DNA of 64,000 nt from Camelus ferus (lineage: Eukaryota). The position numbers and the translations under genes are program-made. The notes beneath the pieces were generated by a model. That model ran no database searches. It saw only the letters and a program-made list of their open reading frames with translations, and was not told the DNA's origin. The stretch lies in contig NC_045697.1 in assembly GCF_009834535.1 (NCBI RefSeq), positions 41,232,001-41,296,000 on the forward strand, written 5' to 3'. This document shows, one piece after another, positions 52,081 through 64,000 of this stretch (the stretch's first letter is position 1; each line of letters opens with the position of its first letter).

Positions 52081-52254
52081 CCGCGCCGGCCCCGCCCCCG
52101 GTCCCGTCAATCAATCCTGTCCGGACTCCAGGAGGACTGTGAATCACCGACCCCTCTGGCCCCTCCGCCTCATTGGCCCGACGGCCCTCTAGCCCCGCCC
52201 CCTCCCTAGGGACGTGGTCGCCGGGGAGACCGGCTCTCGGGTTCCCATGACAAC

Positions 52255-52656
52255 CAGTGCCTTGGGCCTGGCTTTTCGCGTTCTTCTAGTTTGCCAGACG
52301 CTCAAGTTGATGGCCCGGCAGCAAAGTTCCTAGCCCCTGTGGCTTGGACTCGTAATTTTAGGCCAAGTTGAAAATGCAGCCGACCGCCCCCACACTTCCA
52401 ACTTCGGAGACAGAACGTTCTGGCCCTGGGGAGTGTGAGGAAGAGTGAAAAATGCCTAACTGCTAGCTCTTCCCTTGTCAGTCTAAATAGCCCCTCCCCC
52501 CGCGCCCTTCCTTGCCTCCAGCCTTGTTTCCATATTCACACCGGGCGGATTTCGGCTTTGAAAGGGTGAGGAGAAGAATGAGAAAGAGCAGGGCAGAGCA
52601 ACCTCCCCACAGCAATATAGCAACTTGGAAATGGCGGGGTCAACGGAAACAGCTCG
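52255..52656 (+). other. MAPK10: Candidate distal non-coding first exon of MAPK10 (JNK3), divergent from PTPN13; start approximate
   Basis: Plus-strand donor CTCG|GTGAGT at 52656/52657, at the edge of the CpG island. The gene name rests only on the known human head-to-head PTPN13/MAPK10 arrangement; no MAPK10 coding sequence is in the window. Confidence 0.5.
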
Positions 52657-54089
52657 GTGAGTTTTCCCACAGCTGTAAAGTGATCTTCAAAGGTGTGGTG
52701 GCAGTACTTGGTCAACCCTAAGTGCCCTCAGGAAAACTCTCAGTGCCATATTTTTGAAGAAAAAAGTATGTAAATTCTTGTTATTTTCCTTCTGAGACTA
52801 AGGTAATCCTAAAGTTGAAAAATTTAAGTAAAAGGTTTAACATAGTCGAATAGAATAAAGAACATCCGTTTTTCTATATAGGCCTACACATTACAACTTG
52901 GCAAATGTATGTTCTAGCAGCTATTACCCTCCTGCAAGCTGAAAGATTTGGGCTTCAACAATTCACAAGAAATCTTACTGAATTCATGAGCGAATGCTAT
53001 CTTGTCATTTGAGTTTCAGAAGTTTGGGTTTATTCTCAGGAGTATAAGGTAAACCTGGTATAAAGGAGACTTGGGGGTTAATTAGTCTTGGACCCTAGGT
53101 GAATCTAAACTTTATGGCTGGTTCCAAAATGGAGAGATCTGAAGCAAAGTTAAAGCTGCAATCCTGGGTTCCCTAGCCCCTGAGGCTGCTGTACACGCAT
53201 GATGAATGAGGGAATTAATAGTAATGATTTACCTTTGGCAGCCCTTGAATTTTCATTATCTCATTTACTAAATGAATAACTGTTCAGTGAAATATGCCTT
53301 GCAAATGTGCAGTGAATGTGATTACTCACAATGCTAAACACAACACAAAATGCATAGCCGAATTTAAGATTAAGGGCCCTGCCCTCAAGGAGATAACCAC
53401 AGAGCCTAAGAAGGAAAACTAGCATTCCTGAAACAGTTTAAGATTATAGCTAGACTGTGCAGCCAAACATTAAGTACAGTAGTCAATGAGAGAAAGTCTG
53501 TGGTATGTAGAATGGGCTGGATTAGTCAGATTAAGGAGGAGAGGAATTTAAATTGTGCTTTGAAGGGTAAAGGAGTAGGATGAATGAAGCAAAAATGAGG
53601 AAAGACGTTTGAAGGAAACATAAAACCGAACTGCAGCAGCAGGAGTAGAGTGGTGAAAGTACCAGCCCAGCTGAACTAGAAACAAAAGTGAAGAATTGGA
53701 GCCCTTTCCCCATTTTCTGAAATAGGAGTTTTTAAATATTCTGGTTTAAGCCTCAGGGTGGTAAGATAGGGAGAGGTAGTTTTGTGACAATAAAAACCTC
53801 CCTGGAGTATCTGCCTCCGTTTGCCACTGAAGAAAAGGTCATGTATTTATTAGAAAGAAAAGTAATATCCATAATACTTGGCGTAACTTGTGAATTCATG
53901 TCAAAGAGAAGATATAAAGAGTATGGTGTTGGAAATTTTCACAGAAGTCGACAAATCACAGTGTTGTGAGTTTTTTTCTTTCTTTTTTTTTTTGTATTAA
54001 GACCATTTCAGGTGGTTGCCCTCAAGGCTTTTTCACCAGTAATCCTTCTGTTTTGTATGAGCTGAAAGGCTGGTTTTAAAATAAATGGC

Positions 54090-55149
54090 TGTGATACCAA
54101 AACCTGATAAAGAGTACACAAAAGAAAAATCTACAGGTGATCTCATTTTGGATATAATATAAAATTAAAACACAACATTACCAAATAGAATCTAGAACTA
54201 CATTTTGAGTGATATGCCAAAGTTAAGAGGAATTATGCCAGCTATATAAGAATGACTCAACAATAAAAAATGTATTCATATAGTTGACTATATTAATAAG
54301 TCAAAGCTGTATGAGTGTCTCCATACTGAAAAGGAGTTTGTAAATTCCAGTATCATTCCTTAATACAAATTTTTAAAGAATATATTTTATACCAAAGCCA
54401 GAAACTTTATGTATAATGAAACAGTGTAATTATTCCCACTGAAGTCAGGAACAAAGCCAAGAATGCCCACCATCATACCATATAAGGAAATGATAGCCAA
54501 TTAAATTAGATGTGGAAAAGAAATAAATATTGAAAATATCAGGATTGTCATTTGTTTGCAAATTATACAAAAACTCCAAGGATCAACTGAAAAACTTTTA
54601 GAAGCAATAAATGATGACTTAGGGTAACCAGTTATAAAATCAAGAGCTTTCCCATGTATAAACCATAACCAGTTAGAAAATAAAATATAAACAAGTCCTA
54701 TTTACAATAATCACAAAAATTAATTAGGTAAAAATGCATACTAAGAGAAATTAATAAAACTTCAAAAATCTTAAACTTAAGAAACAAAAATGTTTGAACA
54801 AAGAAGCGATATACTTTTAGGTTAAATACGAAAATTGAAACACTATAAAATTATAATATTTTTAAAAAGTAATCTATATATCTGGTACAATTCTAACAAA
54901 TGTCTAACAGAATACTTTTGGGAATTTAAAAAAATATTTTAAAATTTCATTTGAAAGATCGACCATTCAGAAATAACCAAAAAGATTCCAAAATGAGAAT
55001 AAATGAGGAATTACACTAAACGATATTAAAATAAATTATAAATCACAATAATTAACAGCAGATTTGATATCAGAGTAGGTATGATCTATGATCAAGTAGG
55101 TATAGTTACATGGTAAAAGACGAATGCGCATCATTAAATATATGGTGTT
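54090..55149 (+). mobile_element. Highly degraded old L1 ORF2 (RT region)
   Basis: gataccaaaacctgataaaga, ttcccactgaagtcaggaacaa, caactgaaaaacttttagaagcaataaatga. It resumes after the younger insertion as aataaatggtgttgagaaa (NKWC.E motif). Confidence 0.7.
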
Positions 55150-55839
55150 AAGTATGGAAGTTCCTTAAAAAATTAAAAACAGAATTACCATATGACCTAG
55201 CAATTCCACTCCTGAGTATATATTCAGAAAAAACAAAAACACTGATCAAAAAGGTACACATTCCCCAATGTTCTTCATAGCAGCACTATTTACAATAGTC
55301 AAGACAGAAGCAACCCAAGTGCCATCAACAGATGATTGGGTTAAGAAGATGTGATCTATAGACATTTATATAGTAGAATATAAGTCAACCATAAGAAAGA
55401 ATGAAATACTGCCATTTGCAACAACATGGCTGGACTGAGAGAATATTATGCTTAGTGAAATAAGCCAGAGAAAGACATATACTGTATGATATCACTTATA
55501 TTTGGAATCTAAAAAGTAGTACAAATGAATGTATATGCAAAATAGAAACAGACTCACAGATACAGAAAACAAACTTATGGTTACCAAAGGAGAGAGGGAA
55601 AGGGCAGAGGGACAAATTAGGGGTATAGGATTAACAAATACAAACTATAATATATAAAATAGATAAGCAACAAAGATATACTGTATAGCACAGGGGATTA
55701 TACCCATTATCTTGTAATAACCTATAATGGAATATAATCTGCAAAAATACCAAATCACTGTGCTGTGTATCTGAAACTAACACTATTGTAAATCAACTAC
55801 ACTTCAATTTTTAAAAATAATAAATAAATAATTAAAAAA
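55150..55839 (+). mobile_element. Younger 5'-truncated L1 (ORF2 C-terminus and 3'UTR) with A-rich tail
   Basis: tatggaagttccttaaaaaattaaaaacagaattaccatatgacctagcaattccactcctg...gccatttgcaacaacatgg...ttgtaaatcaactacacttcaa, then a tail at 55813-55839. Confidence 0.92.
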
Positions 55840-55989
55840 TTCCTGCTAATACTAGTATATCACTTAAAATCATGAAATTCTCATGAGCAGGCATTTTACT
55901 TGCTCTGAATTATTACTGTGACTTAGTAATTAAAACAAGGCATTGAAAAAAAGAAATAAAAAATAAATGGTGTTGAGAAACCTAGCCAT

Positions 55990-57470
55990 TTCTTGTTTAC
56001 CTTTTCAGACACACGCATATACGCATACATACAGTTTTTCAAAGAAAAATTAGCTCATATACTGATCTAATATCTTGATTTTTTTTCACTTTATAATATC
56101 TGTTTGATCTCTATTATCAGATCCTGTAAATGAGCCTTCTTTTCTATGGCTGCATAATATTCTGTTGCTTCGGTGTATTATAATTTATTCAACTCCTCTC
56201 TTTTTAATGGGCACATAGGTTATTCCCACACTTTGGCTATTTTTCACAAGTTGAAATAGTTTTCTTTGTACTTGGTCCTGTTTTACATGTGGAGTAGAAC
56301 TGCAGGTTTAGCTTTTATAAGTATAAGTGCTTGATTAAAGTGTAGGCACATTTTACTTTTTGGTAGACAAAGCTGAGAAGTGGTACAAGTTACAGTCATC
56401 CCAGCACATATGGAAAGTTTGATAGCGCTCTGTTTCTCCACACCCTCCCAGCACAGCATTATCAGACTTTTTTGACCTTTGCCAATCTAATAGGTACAAA
56501 ATGCTATCACATTACAGGTTTAATTTCCATTCTCTTATGAGCGTCTTTTTGTATGCCTATAAACCATTTTATTTTCTGTTACCAAAAGTATTCTCTCATA
56601 TTTCCTTCTAGAACTTTTATGGCTTTCACATTTTATTCTCTAATCCATGTGGAATTTATTCTAGTGTAGCCAGAGTTACCCAGTTGTCATAAAACCTTTA
56701 AAGAATTTTTAAATTTTACTACATAAAATATAAAGCTTCTGAAGAGTAATAAAAATAACAATGAGTATGAAATTTAGAAAAGCAATGAATAATTGAAAAT
56801 AAAACAACTGTATAAAGAAAAATTAAAACAAAAATGAGATGTTTATAACTATCAAGTTGGAAAGATATTTTTGAAGACATATCTGGTATTGGTGAAAATA
56901 TGTGAAATAGATCTCACTGTTGGTAGGATTATAGGTTCGCTTATTCCATCTGGGAGTGCAGTTGCAGTGTCCTTCATAAATATATAATGTTTATGTTCTT
57001 TAATTTACTCCATTTTGGAAATTTATCCTATAGAAATATTGACACACATGACCAGAGATATGATCAAGAATATTCTTTGCTATTAGTAGTCATAAACTTA
57101 AAAACAAAATAAATGTCCCTAATGGTGGAATGATTAAATTAACTCTGGTCACCCACATATATTACCTAGTGACAAAATCAAGTTACCATACAGCATGATC
57201 TAATTTCTTTTCAAAAGTACATGTATCTATATATATGATATTTATACTGTTAACAATCGTTTCACTGAGGGTTAGAAATATTGCATTTCTGAAATGTTTT
57301 TATTTAAAATCTTTACAACAAGCACATTACTTTTGTGTAAAAGGTCAAAGATGTTAAAAAAGACAAACTTCCAGCTATAAAATAAATAAGTCATGGGGAT
57401 GAGGTGTACGGCATAGAGTCTATTATAGTAATACTCTATTGTATGTATGACAGTTGCTGAGAGACAACTG
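55990..57470. mobile_element. Cluster of old L1 3' fragments in both orientations
   Basis: Minus: tatggctgcataatattc...tttgccaatctaataggt...tttccttctagaacttttatgg. Plus: ggaaatttatcctatagaaata...aaatgtccc and acaaacttccagctataaaataaataagtcatggggatg. Confidence 0.6.
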
Positions 57471-60421
57471 TTGGACAATGCTAATTCAGAAACTGGCATA
57501 CCTGGTTTTTCTCTTAAAGAGTAAATAAAAAATTATTTCTCTTTTGCCAACTTCTGTTAAAAAAAAAAAACAAAACGATCAACATAGATTATCACTAACA
57601 ATAAAGAAATTAGATAGTAGGCCATAACACAAATTTAATTGGGCTCCCACATGGCCCATGAGGCTTAGAATGTTCATCACCTGGGGACTGTCCTGGTTTC
57701 GCACTATGAGGAACGTTTTATGTGGGACCCATGCATCACCCCATAATGGTTTCCTTGAGACTGTATTCCAAGTATGTATGTTTTGTGCGTCTAGGGAAAG
57801 CACCTATACATTTCAACAAATTCAGAAAGGGGTTTATATTGCTCCAAGATATTGAGATTGTGTGCTTTAAGTGCCAGTGATTTTAAAATACTGCCTTTCA
57901 CCTCAAAGGTTGCAATGAATTCTAGGCTAATCTAAATCTGTAAATAGCAGTGTTTTCCCAGCTGGCTTCTTATGTTCATCTCAATGTGAAATATTTGTAT
58001 TCTGCTTTGTACCAACTATGTTAGTGTTTTTTTCCACCTTTAAGCCCAGAAACATTTCCTTTCTTGCTTACGGAGTAGGGACTGTGATGGGAACTTTGCC
58101 CAGGTGAGAAGCAGAAGCAAGATAAGTAATCCACCAAAACATGAGCAGGTAATTGGAGCACAAACTCTGACAGTGCTTAAGGAAGACTTTGTGAGGCAGT
58201 GCCAACTTCCAAGTGAACCAAGAATTAGCTAGGGAAAAAAATGCAGCGATGGAAAACAGATAGGACTACAATTACCCTCGGGTCCGTTGAATAAGCAGGT
58301 TATTTGGTAGTAGCTGAACTCTCTCTAAAATGTGAGAATTCCCATAGAAGGTAGAGTTACATGACAGCAATGTCAGAGGTAAGTCTGAACATTGGGAGGC
58401 AGCCTGCTAGCTCAGTATGATGAAAGAGCACAGCGTTTGCACTCAGGGGACCTAAGTACGAATATTGGCAAGTCACCTAATTTCTTTGAGCATCATTTTC
58501 TTCCTTTATAAAGTGAAGGAAATGAGAACAGCTGATATGTTTAACACATAATAGCCTGTAATATTCCTTCAGTATTCAACAGGATTGAATGAAATATGTG
58601 TATGAAAACTACTTGTAAACTTTAAAGCACTATTTTTAAAAAATCAGATGACAACAGCAACAACAAAAGCTGTACCGATTTTTTGAATAAGTGTCTTAGA
58701 ATTAATGAGAAAGAAATTTTAAATAATCTCTTTTATTCTGAAGGGAAACTTTAGAAAAAATTTATTAGGTGCCAGGGCTAACTAGTCCTATGAAAGGTTA
58801 AAAGTCAGAAAAATTTGATTTTGGTGCTCCTGTAACTTCTACTTTTCTTTGCCAACCAGATTCTTAGCTCTTTTCCAATTTTCCCCTACTGGCTCCAAAC
58901 TGGCCAGGCCTTATTAGTTACTCTGATTAGGGCTGGCACTGTGTCAGACTAAAAGCATTCACCTACTCCTGCTTGATTTGCCAGGTGCTTAGTGGCTCTA
59001 CCTGAACCAAAAAATATTTCTCTCACCTGAGTAGCTACACTGGTAGTTCTCACTTTTAGTCACTGAAGAGTTAAACAGCAAGGTGTTAACTTTAGAAGGT
59101 TGAAGTTAAAAGTCGCTTTACCTTCCAGCTTTCTCTCTCTGCACATTAGTGTGATTGATTTATCACATTAGGTGGTTGTCACTTTAAACCCTGGGGGTGA
59201 GAGATACTGGAGAGGTAAATTTTAATTAATGAAGGGGAGGCAGGGAGGAGGGAAAGCTAGTTTCGGTGTGAGTGGAAGAGAAAGCAAGAAAGAGGAAATT
59301 TGGTGGGAAAGAGGTCTGTGGTATGAGGGTGACCATCAGGGCTCATGATACCAGGGGAGGGGACCAGAGGAGTATAGGTAATACTAAAGGGGTGTGGCAC
59401 AGAAGTCAAACTGCCTAATTCACAATTTTTGCTAGGGCTGGTCCTGTCTCTGACTCATTTCTACTACTTGTCGTGGCAAGTTATGTAACCGCCTGTTCAC
59501 TTCGGTTGAAAGGGAGTATGGCAAATAAGCATAACCCTTGTGCTCTTTGAAACTTAGCTGTGTTTGAACATACACAAAGTAATTTAATGTGACTATGCGG
59601 TCATCTAAATCTGACCTATAGGAACTTGCCTTAGGGTTCATGACTTAATCTTGATTTTTTTGTGTGTTCCCAGAAATGGAAACCAAATCAGAAGTTAAGC
59701 TTTCTAGTTTATGTTCTGTTTTAAAAAGGGTGATTTCACACTGTCTGCTGGGAGTGAACTGCTATGCAAGAAAGTTGATCATTAAAGGCTTTGTTGGGCA
59801 GAATTGGAATGTTTAATAAAACAGAGCATCAGTTTGTAAAACATTTCTTAAAAGCTGATTGCCTTGGTTTTTGCATTCTCCCCTGTAATATCTAGTAGAA
59901 AATTTAGGAGGAAAATGGTGTTATTTATGGAAACTAGTTATCAGTTTAGGGCCAAATCCATACTTACGATATCATATAATTGGGAGAAGTGTTGAACCTT
60001 CCACATTTCACAAGTACGTAAAGAGAAGAAATTTGTCTCAGAGAGTCCTTTAGTTCATCTAAAAAGTTAATAGTAGGGAACTGTAAGAAAAAAAAAATAC
60101 ACATGTAATTTAGACATTTTATTTTTACTAAAAACCTATCATTATACATTCATTAGCCAATCTTTCGATGCTGGGCTAAGGTCTTTTTGACCATGAATCT
60201 GCTGTTTAGAGTTCCAGGTTGTCTTGTTTACATAAACCGTTCCTAAATGTAAAATCTACAATTTCATGTTCTGTTTCTTGTTAAAGGAAATGTAGAACTT
60301 GAGGACACTTGTAAATAGTATAAATTTAGAGTACTTCTTTATTTGTATAATATATTCCAATTTTCTTGTTTCTGTAATTTGTGGCAGTAATTTATCCTTT
60401 CATAGCATTCAACTTCATTTT

Positions 60422-60480
60422 TGAAAAACAGTGGTAAACTATACATGATACAAAATTTATCATTTTAACCATTTTAAAAT
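60422..60480 (-). mobile_element. 59-bp L1 3' terminus with a perfect 14-bp TSD
   Basis: gtggtaaactatacatgatacaaaatttatcattttaaccatttt resembles the reverse complement of an L1MA/MB end. TTCAACTTCATTTT at 60408-60421 and 60481-60494. Confidence 0.7.
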
Positions 60481-62149
60481 TTCAACTTCATTTTCAATGG
60501 GGAAAATATCTTTTACACTTACTCTTAATAAAGTGTATAAAAATTAAATTACCTAATTACATTAGCAAGAATAACACACATTATAAGTTTGGGAAACTAA
60601 AACAGTTGATTTTGATGTAAGCTTCATAAAGGCAGGATTTTTGTCTCTGGTATTCAGTGCTGTGGCCTGGAGCAGTGCCTGTCACATAGTAGGCACTCAA
60701 ACACTATTAAAGGAATGAATGAATGGGTCTTAGTAGTTACAACTCAGCTGGGGGAAGGATGACTATGCAGGTATATGCCATGACATAGCCCATTAGTAAA
60801 CACTTATTAGTAAAACACTGTTTTATAGAGGAAATGGAGAATACTAGTAAATCTAATGTTTGACTAAGTGGAGATCATTTATGGTGCTTCTATTTTATTT
60901 TGAAAAATCCCCATAAAGTGCTTAGCACAATATCTTATACACAATAAGTGTTCAGAAAATATTAATCTCTGTTGATTTTTGGTTGATATCTTTATTCTTA
61001 TTACTCTACTCAGGGAGGGAGAAAGAAAAGGGGGAAGGGTAAATAGAAGAGATATTAACATTGCACATATACTTTTGGGGTATAGAGGGGAAAAGAGACT
61101 TTTCTACTCCCTCAGAACAGTTACTAAACTATACCGTTAGTGTGAACTCAAAGAAAAATGATCTCTGTTGCCTTTGATCAGAGAATATACTCCAATTACT
61201 CCATTTTGAAGAGAATGCTTCATTGTAGTTTTAATGATCCTCCTTTCCCTCATCCAGTTCTTTTAATGGAAAAGTCTTCTCGGTACCACCAATGGCAGTC
61301 TGAATTAGATGAAGAGTTAAAGTATCTGTTAGTTAAAAACAAATTAGCCAAAGATGACTCTCTTTAAAACTCTCACCATCTTGAGCTATGGACTGGATTC
61401 TAGTCACATTAATAATACAAATTTAGCCCCTTCTGCTACCACAGAGCCTGTAGACTCCTGAAAACATCTTACCTACTTCCCATATTTCCAGGATTCCCCA
61501 AGAGATAGTTCATAGTGCTCTGTAACGTTTGTCTTTGTTCTTGTGCTCAAACCTTCTCCTGAAAGTCTAAAGCCTGAACATCGCTTGCAGCAGGGAGCTT
61601 GCCACTTCCACTGCTGCTGAGACCCTCCATAAGAGAATCAGTGCTGGTGTCAAGAGGATTGTCTCAGTGCTCCCGAAGCTGCCCACCAATGAGTAACAGC
61701 GGGGCTGGGCTCAACGGCAGGAACCAGGCCACCACTGTCACCTGGTTCTTGCAGCAGCACTGCTTGTGTTCACTATATCACAATGTCTCTGATGCAATTA
61801 ATTGTTCTTTGAGGATGGAGGTGAAGGGAGGTAATCCCCATGCTGTGCTTTCCCTGTACAGTCATCACCCTACACAAACACAGACTCACACACACTGCTC
61901 TTTCCCTTCAACGAAAAGTAAAAACACTTCTGTGCATAAACTCATTCAAATAGACACTTTGAGGAATCACCAGCCCTCCCTTTCAGCAAACAGCCAGACT
62001 CTGATAATCAGAATATTGCAGGAGGATGCAGTGAGGATTAGTATCATTCTCTTTAAGATAAGAGCTGTCTTATAGTTAAAGCACAGTTACAGCCACAGTT
62101 TGGGGAATCTGACCATGTTTTTCTCAGTAGAATATGAACTCTTTGAGGG

Positions 62150-62620
62150 CAGTGCATCAGAAAGGCTATCGGCTCCAAGTAACAGAGTATCTGCTCAGAA
62201 GTGGCTTAAACAAAAAGGGTTCTTTTTCTCGCAAGAAACGAGGTGGTCCAGGCTGGGTCACTGCAGGTTCTGTTTGCTTTCCTCTTACAATCACAAGGTG
62301 ATGCTGTAACTCCAGATACCTGGTCCTCTTTCAAGGCCAGAGGAAGGATGGAAATGTGTGGGGCCAGCCTTGGCTGTTCCATATATGTATGTATACACAC
62401 ACACACACACACACATACAAAATTAAAAGCTTCTCCCAAAAGGCTTTGCTTCAGTATTCTTTCACCTGCGTATTATTGGCCAGAATTGTGTCCTCCTAAA
62501 CTACAAGGAAAGCAGGGAAGCAAGTACTTAGCTCTTCTAGCCTCAAGAGAAGACAAGCATAGGAAACAGAGTTTGGAAATGGATGTGGGTTTATTAAGGC
62601 AATCATCAGTGTCTGCTCCT
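62150..62620 (-). mobile_element. Ancient MaLR LTR (MLT1J/K/L-like) containing a (CA)n microsatellite at ~62395-62419
   Basis: caagtaacaga...agtggcttaaacaaa...ttattggccagaattgtgtc...ctacaaggaaagcagggaag. Confidence 0.55.
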
Positions 62621-64000
62621 TCAGTATCCCTAGCATGGGAGTACTACAGGCAGAGTCAAGATTCAGCGAGTGGTGAGAGTAAGTCACATGGATATAGTAA
62701 CAATGAGTATTTCCGTGCATCTTTACATAACAAGCAAGGACTTTATGGGCTATTTCAATTTAAAACAAATTTTAAATGAATTATTTGTATTTTAATAATG
62801 CAATATTTTTATAAAATAATATATTTTTATATCACATCAACAATTGTATTAATAACGTGTTCAACTATAACCATAGTAGTAAAATCAAAATATAAATAAA
62901 AGTTATCAATTAAAATGCAAAAACCTTATAAAAGCTTAAATTTTATTTAGTGTCCTTTTTTTCTCATTTACTATAGAAAATTTCCTGTCAAATTACTAGT
63001 ATTTCAGGGTTCATTTGTTTAGTTCCCAGTTTCTGTTTGATGGTCATCAGTGCAGGCCGCTGCCTCTTTCTTCCCATACTGTTGTATAAGTGGTTTTTTT
63101 TTTTTTTTAAGATGACAGACAGTTATTTCGGTTTGCTCTAGTTATAGGTTAAGCCAAGTAAGATGTAATAGCTTTAAGGCACAAGAGACCTGTTTTGGAG
63201 GAGAAAACAGAGAGCCAGGATAGTTAATTTGATATGATCATGAGTGCATAGTTTTGGTAAAATAAAGATGTTGATAATATTTGCATTATTGGTGCAAAAA
63301 CTGTTGTTTAATTTTGTCTGTTTAATACTACTATTGTTATCATTCTCTGAAAATCATATATTTATATTAGTAATATGGCATCTAGCCCTTGAAAATAATA
63401 TAATTTTATAACGTACTTCTAACAATGTAAAGAAATATATACTAGCCATTTTACCTTGGACATTTAAGTTTCTTATTCCCTAAAGGGATTGTTTTTGACT
63501 TTGAAAGAGCTAGAGATTACTTTTGGCTTATCTTTTCTATTTTTTTTTTCATAAATGGATTTGATGTTTGTTACTACTTTCATTTCACAGATGATAAATA
63601 TTTGTTGTACTTTTGAAAACAAAGAGAAAAACCTGTACATTTATTATGATGCTCCTGACAATTCTTATTATTCTTGGCAGCTGATTAATAATATTTTAAC
63701 AGAAAATAAATCTTTTGGGGGCATGAGTTCTGCAAATCATCTTATCCACCTGCCACTTCAGTGTTTGAAGAATGGCTTATCATGTTTTCCTAATTTCTAG
63801 AAACGTATCCATGCCAACTAATAACATACGAGAACATTCAGCTCAACTGTTATGTTGTTCTTTTATTCCTATTAATAATGTTTTTAAAAATTAATAGTCT
63901 CTTGAAAGATACATGGATATAGATTATATAAAGAATTCTAAATTCTTAAATCTCATCTTCACTGAAAAAGCACACATATGCACGATGACAATGCACAATG

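Larger units (their letters stand above)
51580..52660. promoter_or_regulatory. CpG-island promoter, probably bidirectional (PTPN13 on -, MAPK10 distal first exon on +)
   Basis: Very high GC and CpG density against an AT-rich background. GC boxes near 52090-52099 and 52193-52201, CCAAT box (ATTGG) at 52172-52176, X-box-like motifs at 52217-52230 and 52241-52254. No obvious TATA box. Confidence 0.88.

Noticed and set aside
51467..52142. Plus-strand Pro/Arg/Ala-rich ORFs in the CpG island
   Set aside because: Expected from stop-codon scarcity in GC-rich DNA; no recognisable domain.
61599..62779. 158-aa and 178-aa plus-strand ORFs
   Set aside because: Non-ATG starts, no similarity to MAPK10 or any protein I recognise; the second runs through an MLT1 LTR and a CA repeat.

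Overview
AT-rich, repeat-dense mammalian DNA, most likely from a camelid: it has short tRNA-derived SINEs of the camelid Vic-1 type, and I saw no Alu, B1, Bov-tA or PRE-1 elements. The window holds the 5' end of PTPN13 (FAP-1/PTP-BAS) on the minus strand. A non-coding, CpG-island exon 1 has its donor at 51581/51580. A ~44.9 kb intron 1 follows, then the 120-bp start-codon exon at 6601-6720 (MHVSLAEALEVRGGPLQEEEIWAVLNQSAESLQELFRK). The CpG island looks bidirectional: in human, MAPK10/JNK3 lies head-to-head with PTPN13, and a candidate plus-strand first exon ends at 52656. Intron 1 carries a young, full-length COX6A1 processed pseudogene with a poly(A) tail, a 14-bp target-site duplication (TSD) and a single 1-bp frameshift. 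The rest is mostly L1, L2, MIR, MaLR LTR and DNA-transposon remnants; repeat family names are from visual recognition, not a database search. I found no convincing new multi-gene system. The best leads are a possible recursive (re-splicing) 5' splice site at the start of the ATG exon, two uORFs in exon 1, an apparent L1 3' transduction, the near-intact COX6A1 retrocopy and a candidate unannotated 5'UTR exon.
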